Source: Paraphysomonas bandaiensis
Taxonomy: Eukaryota > Protista > Chrysophyceae
DNA: 64,000 nt
Direction of reading: 5' to 3'
Assembly (NCBI GenBank): GCA_965644295.1
Contig: CBFFRP010000395.1
Coordinates: forward strand, 124,001-188,000
Position numbers and translations under genes: made by a program. Of the stretch, positions 1-12,085 are shown in pieces. Each line of letters starts with the position of its first letter. Position 1 is the stretch's first letter. The notes under the pieces were generated by a model, which saw nothing but the letters and a program-made list of their open reading frames with translations, had not been told where the DNA came from and made no database searches.

Positions 1-3000
1 CGGAGGAGGTGGTTCGCCAGGCGGTATCGGAAGAAGTGCGTGGACTCAATGCGCTTTTTAATTCGACTACAGGTCGCCATGAATTCACAAAACTGACCGA
101 ACAGCACGCTGAGCGTATCCTAGCCGCATTGGGATTGGCTGGCCATGCTCTTGCGGAGGAAACATCCAACTTAACAGGCTGTACATACGATGGACTAGAA
201 AAATGGTGGTGGGATAACCGAAAGTATTATTTCCCGTCGTCTATGCAGGAACTTAATCAGATGTCTAAAGAAAAGGTTGAGAACGAGATAGTTTCTTCAT
301 TGATGATGTTTGATGATGACTCTGATATGAGCGAACTTGATGATGGGGTTGATGCTGATGACACCCCATCTGTTCCTCTTCCTGTTCTTGCCCCTGGAAC
401 TACATCATCGGTTGCTCGACCAGGCGTATTCAAACGATTGTTCGGGTTTCGCCAGGCAGAGAAGCGGCGTATCGCTGATGTACGAGTACCCACTCCCCCT
501 CCTACTGTAGTATTAGAGAAAAAGTTAATGGATGATGCACCAAAGCAGCCGAAAGTAAAACCTGTTGCTGTTGCGGAATCGCATCCTCTTGATGCACACG
601 GATTAGAAGGCGAAATAATCGCCAGTGTGCAACATTTCAGCAAACAAGATGCGGAACTTACAGCCTACCAGAGACTGAGAAATGCATTACTTCAACGCAG
701 TAGGCTGTTCGACATTGGCACTTTTGGACAGTACCGTGCTGTCCTCTCTTTGAAGGGGTCTGTATCGTCAGTAGCTTTCGTTGAGAAAGATTCTCCGGGA
801 GTTTACTCAGGATTATCAATAATGCTAAATACAACACTGGATGACGCCAAGAAACGGCTCTTATCGAGACAGCGCGACGATAGTAATGAAAATTGGATGA
901 ATTATCGTACATGCTTGTCACGGGCATCATTTGAACGTGATTGGATGCGAAAAACCATTATTCTAATGTATGAATTATGTAGAGGAAAGAATATATATGC
1001 TCAGAATAAGGTGCGCCGTCTTCTTCCACCCGACTTGGTGTTGGAATTGTTCAACTATGGCGAAAATGTAGACAAAACTGCCGCTTGCAGCTTACTCTTG
1101 AATTTGTATGTAGACCATGACTTCGTATTCTCTGCCACTGCGATAACGTGTGAGCAAGGACAGGTACTTAGCTTTGGGGAGATTAATTATCAACCGAGGA
1201 TGGATGCAGGAATGTTATTCAATCAGATGACAAGGTATATAAACCCTTCTGATGAAATTACAGCACAGTCGTTAAGGAGGAAGCTTTGGGACTTTGTGAG
1301 ATCTCATCTTCAATCTCTTTCCCTATCTAAAGTATCAACGTCTCTCACTAAGTATAATGTTGGGTTTCTTCTACTACTTCGCAAATTATTGAGCATCGGG
1401 TTTTTTGACGAATCAAAGAAATTTTTGTCTGAATCAGAAAGTTTGGTTCGGGCTGCTCATGAAAATAAATTACTTGAGGAAGAGGGACGTAGCATATTCA
1501 CATGTGTTCGTGGACTTCATACGGAAAAGTTTGATTCGGAATACATTGAAAGAGTTTTAGTCAAAAAGATAATTGAGTGTATGGATGCACATGAAAATGA
1601 CATAGATACCATTAAACGTGGTGTACTTGGAATTCTTGGTTCTGATCGTGATTTAGGAAGAATATCTGAAGACGAGTACGAGCTGATCAATTATCGAGTT
1701 CAATCTAGTGGTAGTACTACGATAGGATCGGACAATATCGAATATGTTGATAAGTACTTTATGTCAGTGTTTGGAGACCCAAATCAAATTATGGCATTTC
1801 GTGAAGTTGTTTCAACTTTGTCACTTATTCACGATATGAAACAGGTGCATTTAGCGAAGAAAGTCATGGCAATGCTTGGCAATCCAGATAATTTCTTCTC
1901 CAAATCCCTTCTGTCATGTGATATTGACCCTAACTCATTACCTCAATCTAAGATTATTAGGTTTTCCAGCTCTGCAAAGTCTACAATATCCCATCTCTTT
2001 GAAGGCAGTATGAGCGAGAAAAAGCTCTACAGTCGTGCATTGCTTGCTGCATCTCTCCACCAGAGCAACGCGATTAAGCATTCGGTTTATGACCTACTGT
2101 ATCGTCGTCAGTCAGAAAGAATGGACTTAAAAAGAGTGCTAAATGAAATGGCTACTGTGATTTATCCTGGACAAGCTGCGCGAATACGCCTACTGAAAAC
2201 TTTTTGGGGCACAGTGTGCAAATATACGTGTGATTTGTTTAATGACACTGTGTCCCATTCATCATCTTACGACAATCACTTGAAAGAAGTTATTGAATTC
2301 TCATTTGATGCGATGAAAAGTTTATGCTACCACTCACTGAAGAAGAGAGACCAAGTCGGTACTATTTCTCCTCGTTTTCCGCAAGATAAATTGGAAGTTG
2401 AAACTCCTGTGGACGCTACCGGTGATGATGGTATTGAAATGACACGTGCAACTGTGAACGTTGAAGATGGTTCCAAGAAGAGCAACTATAATTTTGGGAA
2501 ACCGTTATCACTGCTCGGTATATCGGCAGATATTGGTAATCTATTGCCACGACCATCCCGACACGAATGTCATTTGATAGTAGGAGATACTGTCCTCCAC
2601 TGCTTGGAAGATGTTCGCAAGAAAGTAACAAGTCCCTTGCCTCATGAAAGCTCTCACACCGATTTGCTACCGTGGCAAGAACTATCATCGAATATCAAAT
2701 TTGTAGTGAACTCAACCCTTGACTTTTGCGCCGCTGTATGCACAGGTGCTATAAGTTTGATTCAGACTCATTTAGCTGAAGCCTCTGATATTGCCATTAT
2801 GTATATGTGGTCTTGTCCACCGGCGATGAAGATAGCCACATTGTTGTGCCGTTATAGTCGATTGGCAGACAAATTTCATGCGACAGATTTTCTTGAAATT
2901 GCGGCTTCAGAGATATTAGGTGTAACCCGAGGTAATGTTCCTCAACCTGATGTAGTTGGATTATTAGAGTCGATTGTAAGCAGTGGTGCCAGTGGGGATA

Positions 3001-6000
3001 GTCTCACCGATGTGTTATCTTGTGTCAAAGATATTACGCTCTCTAACGGTGCAATGCGACAGTATATTTTGTTAGAAATGCGGAAACCTCTTCGCAATGA
3101 AATTGCATTTCATGTGCAACTCTTACGTTTACTGTCGTCAATATGCTCGCTTCAACTGGGCATATATGATGATCTCCTGAAAACTAATATACCAACTGCA
3201 TTTTGTAATGGGATTTTATCGTCGTCATCTCCACTGCAGGTTAAGGCGAGTATAATAAACATATCTATGCATCTCTATTCCCATGGCGAAGTCCCCGTTC
3301 TGAATTATATCACAGATGACTTTAAGCGAATCATTGAGCTTTCTGATAGACCCGGTTTGATTCCTGACCAATTCGCTTACTGTGAAGCTTCTCTTGTGGA
3401 GTATATCAATGCCTGCATTGAATACCTGCTCCGCATTTCTTCGTTATGCGATGGGTACAATGAACTAGATGTGAAAAATCACAAAAACTACGTGTCCCAG
3501 TCGCTGCGGAGGTCAATGGTAGGCTCTATTTTAAGTCTTATAGTGGACTCTAAACCGGGTCTAGCTGGCCCAGAGAAATTGAAATCAATAGGGCCAGTTA
3601 ATCCACCAGAATATTTTAAATGTGTAACATACTTGTATGGAGTAATACGAGTACCAAACTTATATCGAGTTATTGATGGTATTGTGCGCAATCGTCGCTC
3701 AATGGAACATGTTCTGACTCTCTTTTCCGCCGCAAATGTCTGCCATATGAGAGTGCACAACATTCCCAAGGAAGTAAGTGAAGCGGATCAGCTACAAGGA
3801 CATCACCTGAAGAACGCCCTTGAGTATGCTACCAGATTAGGTATAGAACATGAAACCACCATAAGTAGAGAGGAATTTCTTCGGGTTGACGGAATCGATA
3901 TATTTGTGCGACGCGTTGGCCAAGAGTTGATGCCTACTGAACTGAGTCGTAAGAAGGTGTTATCCAGGAAACGTGAATTCAATATGAGCATGGACTATTT
4001 GCCTTATATTCCTCATGAAATTCTTGTGAAGACTCCATTGTACGAAATACTTTCCATGTACTTAAATGATGCATCGGATTTTCTTGATGGTGGTGGTATG
4101 CAGTTACTACATAATAGTGGCAGTATTAAAGAAACTCCTTCTTTGAAGCGTCTTTGTGACTTTCAGAAGTGGCTATATGGCGGTGGAAGATATATAATGA
4201 CTGTATGCAAATACTTGGAGCTGTATGCCACTAACGATGATGTTTCACGCTCCCTCCTACAGTTGATGTGTACTTTGCTGGATAATAGAATCGAATTTAT
4301 TCGGTCAAGCAAAATTCCGCTGAAGATAAAGATGATACTTGTCCAATCTGAGGTGAATAGACTTCAGCGACTCCAAGACACTATGGACGCTTTTGGAGCG
4401 TGTAATCTTATTTTATCCCTTGTGGGTAGGTCCAAATTCTCTTCGTTGGTGGAGCCGTTTGTTCAAGACATTGTTCCTCTTGGTCTTAAATTGGGCTTCT
4501 TTTTACTCGCTTCTGGAAATGACTCTGTTCAAGACTCCATAATGCAGAAGTACAAGGAAGCCAACACTTCTGGTGGGTCTGGGGGAAAAAGTAGATATTT
4601 TGTTGTTTCACTTCGAATATTATTGAGGAAAATATGCGACAAAATGGAGTCCTATTTAAAGCATCCTACTCACACCTTTCCTCTGTCCAACCTCAAGTTG
4701 TTGTGCAAAATATATGACTTCTGTGCTAGCCTTTGCAGTGGGCACAATGACAGCGCTAGAAACTTTCTTCGCGACCAAGATAAGGTTGGGGAATCAACAG
4801 ATTTAGTGTTCGATATATCGAAATCGGTAGATATGGTGTTACATTTATTGTGTAACCAGATGCGATATATTACATTCGATCAGTTTTATGAAAGGCTCGG
4901 TCCCTATGTATGGAAACATAACCCAGATGTGAAGCGTCGGTTTATTGCGTGGCATTGTAATATTGATTATGAACTTGTGTGTCAACTGATGTTAACTTTG
5001 ACGAAGGGATTCGGATCATTGACGGAGATAACGCAGGGCCCATGTCTCAAAAACCAACCGTCCGCCCTTTATTGTACCAGTCGTTGTATGGACCTTTTGG
5101 AATACGTTGGTGCTATGCAGCTGCGTGCCCAGTCAGTTAAGAAAGGGATTGTCGGGTCGCGTCCAACAGTATGGGATGCTAGGAACCCTTTACAGTTTTA
5201 CAAGCAGTACGAAAGGGAGCTATCTAAGTTGGGTAGATTTAATGACGACCCACAATCGCTTGAGATACGCGATGCTATTGAAAAGTGGTCAAGTCTGAAG
5301 AAGCGGTCGTCGAGGAAAGATGAATTCGCGCCGAAGTCGAGTAGTGATATTCTTGGAGTAGAAATCGATCTCTTATTCACAATGGCCCGTGAGTGTGAAA
5401 ACAGCTGTCTGAGGTTTTTACTCGCATTGCTTGAAGCGTCTTCTAGTCTAGTGTGCGAAACATTGATTGGGCAACTGGATGATGGAATATTATTGCAGAA
5501 TATGGAAAATCAGTACAAACTTTCGTTCGATAAGAGCGACAACTTTTCTAGTTACCGCAGTTCGTGTACTGTTCAGTACCTTACTCTTATATCCACTATA
5601 GCATCTGCCCAGCGAGAAGATCCTGAAGTTATATTGGATGACTTATTGCAAGGGTGGAAAACAGACAACGAGAAGGACGGCTACAATACTGAAAAGCTAG
5701 TTGCATCTGTTGAGATAACGTCTCCAGATGGATCTGTTCAGCGTGTATATTTCCCGATTCCGCCCTTTGTTACTAACTTTTGGAGGTACCCTGAAGTACA
5801 GAAGGCGAAAGAAGCATTGCTCTATGCTGTTAACAGAGACAGTGCGGAGGACAAGCTGGGCGACTTCTATGAGTTAATGCAAGGTCTGGTGCAGGTGATG
5901 AGGAGACAAGAAACACTGCGTTTACTTCTCACCCCGCCTGTGCACGCTCTGTTTGGAGGGAAGAATCCGATTGTTGAGATTTTCCCATTCTTGAAAGTGT

Positions 6001-7752
6001 TCAAGATGAAGCCACTATTTTTCGCCATCACATTGTTCTTCAGTATTTATTATGCCTACGATTCGTACCGAGAAAAATACCCCTGGATTCAGCCCCATGA
6101 GGTCCCTGAATTTAAGTGAGTTATTATGTGGCGTTACAACTCGTTAATTTTATCTACATCTGTAGAAAAATGTGGGACTGGCATTTGAAAGAGCTTGTTC
6201 TTGATATTTTGAAGTATGTACATATGGGTTTGGCGGCAGCATTATTTGTTCGACAGTTTCTAAATAGGTTTGTACTTTATGTGAGTAAGTTTCTGGTAAT
6301 ATATATGCAGTCCTGCTGCTGACACACTGGATCCTATTCCGCTTCCGTTTATGAATTCTGTTTTCTTAATACGATTTGTCAGCAAAATTCTGAGGTAGCT
6401 TTTTTATTTTGCTCTATTCTGACACCTTGATCAATTGGCTCTTGTTTAGCTTTTTCCGCAATGTGGTAGTTCTAGCTGTGAGTGTATGGTGGGATCTGGC
6501 ACTAGTAGGATTCAGGTTCCTCGAATTTCCGTTGTATATATTAGCTTTTCTAATTGTCCATGCAGCCTTCTGGGTTTTTTTGTCAGTCACTTCTGGTATG
6601 CTCCCGCTCTTATGGACCTCATACCCCAGATTCGGCTGATGTCATTTCTACTGGACGCAATCGCAAGAAACACGAGTCGTATATTTTACACTTTGTTGTT
6701 AGCCATTATACTATTGTACTTGTATTCCGTTATCACTATAGTTTTCTTCCCTAACCAGTATGGACTCGCGGGACATATGGCGTGCGGAGACATCATCTCC
6801 TGTTTCAAACTGCAAATAGACTACGGGCTTGTGAATCCCCCTGAATGGATTGGGGAGGGGTACATTGATCCATACGTTGGAAAGTTTTACGAAGTGACAA
6901 CGTATGGTTACGTCTTGAGTATTCTGGGTGGAACAGCATTTAACTTCACATACATAATTCTCATCAATCTCGTACTCCAAGCCATCATATCTGGCCTCAT
7001 TATTGATACTTTCGGTGAAATGAGAGCGGAGAATGAGGCAATTGAAGATGACATTAAAGAGCGATGTTTTATGTGTAGTATTGAGAGGTAGTACACCTGT
7101 ATGTGTTAATTCTTGTCAAGTAATGTCGCTTGTATCAGAGATGAATTTGAGCACGCAGACATACCATTCCATGAGCATGTGGCTGTAGAGCATAATATGT
7201 GGCATTACGTCTGGTTTTCTATCTACATAGAGTCTAAAGATCCACTCACTTACACTGGTCCCGAACAATATGTTTATGAAAATATGGTTGATAAAAATGT
7301 GGGTGTCATGTTGCACTTTCGGCTTATCTGTTGAATTCATGTTTAAACAGGGGTTTGTGCGCTTGGGTCCTATCAAGAAAAGCCTCTCTATACTACGCAA
7401 AGCTGGTAAGGTTAAAGAGGAATTTACACTCAAGGGTGTGCACGACTCGTTACAGAATATTACTACTTTGCAAACCCGTTTGCTATCAGCGACGAAGTCC
7501 TTATCTTCATCTAGATCGGCGGACTCGTCAATTGTGAAAGAGAGCGATAAACGTTTGCAGCAGGTGTCTACCTCTGTGCAACAAACCAAGTCGGATGTGC
7601 AGCAAATTATGGCGCGGTTGACAGAGCTCCGTGAAGATCTAGACAGGAAGATAGGAGATGTCACTTCTCAGATTAGTCGGAACGCTGAGCGCATTAGATC
7701 CGCTGATTCAATAGCGTCTCAATCTGATAGATCATCACCAAGAAGTACGTGA
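1..7752 (+). CDS. IP3 receptor/ryanodine receptor-like Ca2+ release channel, 5' end outside window, multi-exon at 3' end
   Basis: A 2036-aa open exon contains RIH-associated-like motifs (CSGHN..ARNFLRDQ, LTEITQGPCLKNQ, ASVEI...QRVYFPIP). Short exons then give TM helices, ILINLVLQAIISGLIIDTFGEMR, and the C-terminal CFMCSIER/DEFE...EHNMWHYVWF...DPLTYTGPEQYV signature. GT-AG introns lie near 6116-6165, 6268-6310, 6394-6449, 6515-6565, 7088-7138 and 7303-7350. Stop at 7750-7752. Confidence 0.9.
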
Positions 7753-8569
7753 TATTGCTATATTGTACTAGTTTCTTCTGTTGAAAGGATGCCTCTAATA
7801 ATTAATATTTCTTATCATTGTTTGTCGACACTGCTTCGCCTCGAGGTCACTCAGTGGAAGATATCTGAAATCAGATTATACTTCACTCTGATACTTCCGC
7901 ATCAAGAATGTTTTCGCTCTCGTTGAACGGTTAGAGAAATGCGAAGGTAAAATCGTGTGAACTAGATAGGAATTATTAAGCAGTTTTATTCAGCAAGGAG
8001 TTGTGACGAGAGATCTTTCACTTACAACCACATTAGCCAATTCACACAATCCTTCTTATAGCCTATCATTGGAAACGTGCTGTATAGTCATGATATATCG
8101 CTTCTACTTTCTTGCCTTTTATTCCTATTACATTATACTACTATCTGCTAACTTCATTATTGTATATTATGCAAACATCGACAGTGAAATACTGCATCAT
8201 CTCGAATTCTGAAGCAGTATATATGACAGCCCAAATTTTATATCTAAACGATAAATATTCACCTAATATACTGATTTTCAATTGCAAGACGAATTTTTAT
8301 CATGAAATCAAAATTTCACTGAATTTGATAATCTGAAAGAGCAAATTGTTTGTTGAAATTGCTATGTTCCTCTAAGATCTAAGATAGAGCTGTATTACTC
8401 GGTAAATACAATATGAAATACTGCAATACGTAGTCAAAATGCTGTAGTACTGTAGTAACCATGAAATGCGCAGGAAATATTAGCTGCAGAATAAGAGTTT
8501 ATGAGCTTACATCAGAACAGGAGCAGTGGATAACAAAGTTGCCGCAACCAACCTAACAACTCGCGCGAC

Positions 8570-9681
8570 ACTAAGCATAACAGGACTCTCATCTAGTTAC
8601 TATTGCATGCACCGACAAGTGCTCAACTATACAATAGGACTTAGCTACATGGGCATTCGACGAGTTGCGCGTTTAAGCCGGATCATACGCTCCTGCCCAA
8701 TCTACTTGTCCTGAAACAAACAACTTGCGGTCGGTGTCTTCGGCATATGTCTCCTGTATATGCGGCAGACCTTTAGGGCTCTCTTCAAGGAGGTGTTCAC
8801 AGCAGCAGGTAGTCTTGAGGGGAGAGTAGAGTAGCTCTAGCGCCGGGTCCTACCACGGTCACGAAGCGGTCTCACTGGTGCAGCTTTGCACGCTGACGCA
8901 TGAAACAGATGTCTACTAAAATCTATTACTAATTCAAGCTGACTCCAATGTCTTCCCTCCATTATGTGCACTCGTCCAGCACATGCATCCACCTTGCACT
9001 CTTCTCCTGAGTGACTTACGCTAGTAGGAAACCGTGCACCTTATCCGCTCGGATAAAAACCTACATAAGAAACAACATAAAAGCACTCACAAATGTACCT
9101 GACACACTGCTTGTAGAGAACAGTGCCAGAGATTTGATATAATCTCAATGACCTGGGTCAGGAGAAACCAAGAGTAGGCAGTAGACGTGTGAGAAGACAT
9201 GACAGGTCTAATTACATCATTGCCATTGCCATGCATCCATGAGGAAAGTTTGACGCATTACCTCGGTCATTGGCCACACAGATACCGAATAATGTGAACT
9301 CATACTCAGCATCAATCAGGAGACACTAATAAGTGTCACTTGTGTATAGACGTCTTTGGGCCCTGACGAATAAACAGGCAACCGGGAATGGGCCCACCTC
9401 AAGGGTAACCGGGGTATTGGGCTGCCTGCTGAAGTTTAGCATCCGGGATGTTAACCTTAAGAATTCAAAAAACCTGATGCCAGCAGATGTCAGGTATATC
9501 AACATTCTGCTTGCTCACTGCGTTTGCTTTGAGTGTATCACACAAGCCATTAGGCTACGAGTGGGCAGAACAGTATCTGCTGACTATATAATATGTGGCT
9601 CACGTTAGTTTTCCGAGAAATATCTCCGGTACTTATCCCCCAGAACACCACGAAAAGGTGTAAGTCCGACTTTGTTGAGGG
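8570..9681. mobile_element. Long, internally rearranged copy of the HDV-ribozyme retroposon family
   Basis: 8570-9320 matches 33945-34625 in reverse. About 9320-9535 is the element's 3' body in + sense. About 9538-9681 is the 5' ribozyme end in - sense. Confidence 0.7.
9596..9681 (-). ncRNA. HDV-like (ingi/L1Tc-type) self-cleaving ribozyme, most complete copy
   Basis: Minus strand reads CCCUCAAC AAAGUC GGACUUAC ACC UUUUCGU GGU GUUCUGGG GGAUAAGUA CCGGAGA UAUU UCUCGG AAAA CUAAC GUGAGCC. This gives P1 (with a 2x2 mismatch), P2, P3 ACC/GGU, a 7-nt L3 ending CGU, a P4 hairpin, J4/2 CUAA and P2', in HDV order. Confidence 0.7.
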
Positions 9682-9699
9682 GGCTACGTGTATGCATCC

Positions 9700-9975
9700 C
9701 TTGTCGGTAAGGAGTTTATCTATTGCTTCTTGAGAGGAACGACGAATAAAGGGATCAAATTCAGTGGAACTAGGTTTGATATACGCGTGTTCAGTGGTGC
9801 CGACTGGGCGGGTGACATACTTACGAGGCGCTCGACTACAGGTTGTATTGTATTCTTGTATGCTTTAGCGATATCATAATAGTCAAAGCTGCAAACTACT
9901 TTTGCAACATCTCGCTTGGCGTCCAAAAATAAGGCTGAGTATATACATCTATGCAAGAACTGGTGTGGCTACAAA
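9700..9975 (+). mobile_element. Degenerate Ty1/copia RT-RNase H fragment
   Basis: LRGTTNKGIKF...ADWAGDILTRRSTTGCIVF is followed by a disrupted S*SKLQTTFATS...AEY...QELVWL, the copia RNase H motif, with stops and frameshifts. Confidence 0.85.
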
Positions 9976-10430
9976 ATAACAACGTCATCAACACATATAA
10001 TAAAATATACACGATGAGCTTTGTGTATGGCATATAATATAGACAACGTTCTGATACACAAAAACCCAATGACTTAATAAAGCCATGTGTAGTGTTCCAC
10101 CGTGAATGTAGTGAGCACCTGAGACCATATAATGACCGATTTAGAAGTTATATTACACTCCAATTAATGATAACTAACCGGAATCCGAAAGATTTTCTCC
10201 TCTCCGGTGTGTGGGGGGGTGTTGGCCGAATTAGAACACCATTTTTCTTAGATAGCCAAAGTGCTCGATTTTTTATAAGCGTTCGAAACGTATTAAAATC
10301 AAATACTACTGGGTGAGAGAGCACGTATATCCAGATGATCCAGTCCACACAGCGACATTTTTGTGTGGTATTATCTCTGACAAGCATCTAGAAATGTTTA
10401 AAGGAGGTCATCAGAGATAAGGCGTACGAA

Positions 10431-10936
10431 TATTATATTGAAAGTCTTATTATTAGCAATAGGCGTTAAAAACCTGCACCAACTTAGTAGCTAGATGAAT
10501 GCTAGACAATCTAGTTAGACCTCTACCTGTAACTAATCAGTACACACTTTTTTTATCCTACTATTTAACTCTACGGAAGCTGCTTGTGCGTCGCCGCAAG
10601 CACCAAGGTGCGACCACTTCCGCTCTGAGTTCTTAAGGTGAACATCTCGGATGCTTGACTTCAGCAGGCAGCCCAATACCCCGGTTGCCCTTCAGGTGGG
10701 CCCTGTCCCGGATGCCCTTGAGGTGGGCCCATTCCCGGATGCCTGTTTATTCGTCAGGGCCCAAAGACGTCTACACAAGTGACACTTTTATTGGTGTCCC
10801 TTGTACCACACAAGCATTCGGCTATGCGTGGGCAGAAGAATATCTGCTGACTATGTTTGCAGCTCACGTTAGTTTCCCAGAGAGAATTTCTCCCCCAGAA
10901 CACCACGAAAAGGTGCGAGTCCGACTTTGTTGAGGG
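10431..10936 (-). mobile_element. Short non-autonomous retroposon with 5' HDV-like ribozyme, perfect 11-bp TSD
   Basis: AGGCGTACGAA occurs at 10420-10430 and 10937-10947. The minus strand begins CCCTCAAC and ends ...CCTATTGCTAATAATAAGACTTTCAATATAATA. Confidence 0.9.
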
Positions 10937-12085
10937 AGGCGTACGAAAACGATGTAGATGATATGAGAATGTTGATAGTGTTGAGACCAGCTGAAATGTC
11001 GGAGTCACACTTCTACCAGTTTGTCCTCTATTTGGTTTTTTGGTGGTTGAATATATCCGTCAGTTATATAATATTGTACTGAGAAGATTCTATCCGCAGC
11101 TTTGAATTGAGAGGGAGTGTTGAGTTTTGCTGTTTGTAAGCAATTAAAAGCTGAATTTCTGAGGTATTTGAATTGTGGCCCATTAGTTGAAGTATGCAGT
11201 AGGTAGTGGTAAACAGTATTACATGAGCTGATGATATAAATATATGAATACAATAGTAGTGAAACTGAAATATTATATTGACTGTGAAAGATCCTGTCTA
11301 TCTAAGATCTGAAAATATTAATTGGTAGTTGAGGTAATATAATTTCAGTGATATCAATGAACGATGACACATGTTGATCATAATTTTACTAATTGGTTTC
11401 TGAGTGAGTTTAACGTTCGGTTTTTAAACTTTTTACTCATCACAATATGTCAAAAGTCGATAAAAAAGCCACAATCCTTTATATCCCGTGAGTGAAACTG
11501 TAATAGATTTAGTACCAGTTATGCACATGCGAACCCAAGATTTAGATTGGGCGACTTGCGTACAAACATTATAAAAAATATGGAATCACTGTCCTACAAC
11601 TAAACTGAACTGAACAGAAGAATTAAAAATTACGGTGAATTGTAACCTTTTTGGAAGGTTATGACCCTACGATATAGTCTCTTGTCACTTCTGTGTCTTT
11701 ATCAGAAGTCGGATATTGAGTTATAGTACCTCCATCTCCTGAATAAACCATCTCCTTATCTCAACTTCCAGACGATTCGATTTGTATCTCACCAACTGAA
11801 TAAGGCAATCTAGCCTGACACTGATGCTGTATAATATGACGAGTCTATTCGAACAGTGATTACAGCAATGATGCAAGTACTCACAAAGATGTACCGATTA
11901 GCTTTTAGTAATCGCTATTTTCAATATACTAGTACACAACGATCTCAGCACAGACCAAACAACATCGCAATAGGTGGTATTCTATTAACTACCTACACAT
12001 ACGATGTGACGTACCAAATAAGAAAAGACCTATACATCTCTAAACAAATTAAAGTATTTATATATATCAAACGGTAGATACAACA

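Noticed and set aside
257-5380. Antisense and alternate-frame ORFs inside the channel gene (and similar ones within other long CDSs)
   Set aside because: Shadow ORFs with no recognisable motifs.
10655-10933. Recurrent short ORFs in the repeat copies (…RMPLRWAHSRMP…)
   Set aside because: Frames are not conserved between copies, they are antisense to the inferred element, and they show no recognisable domain.
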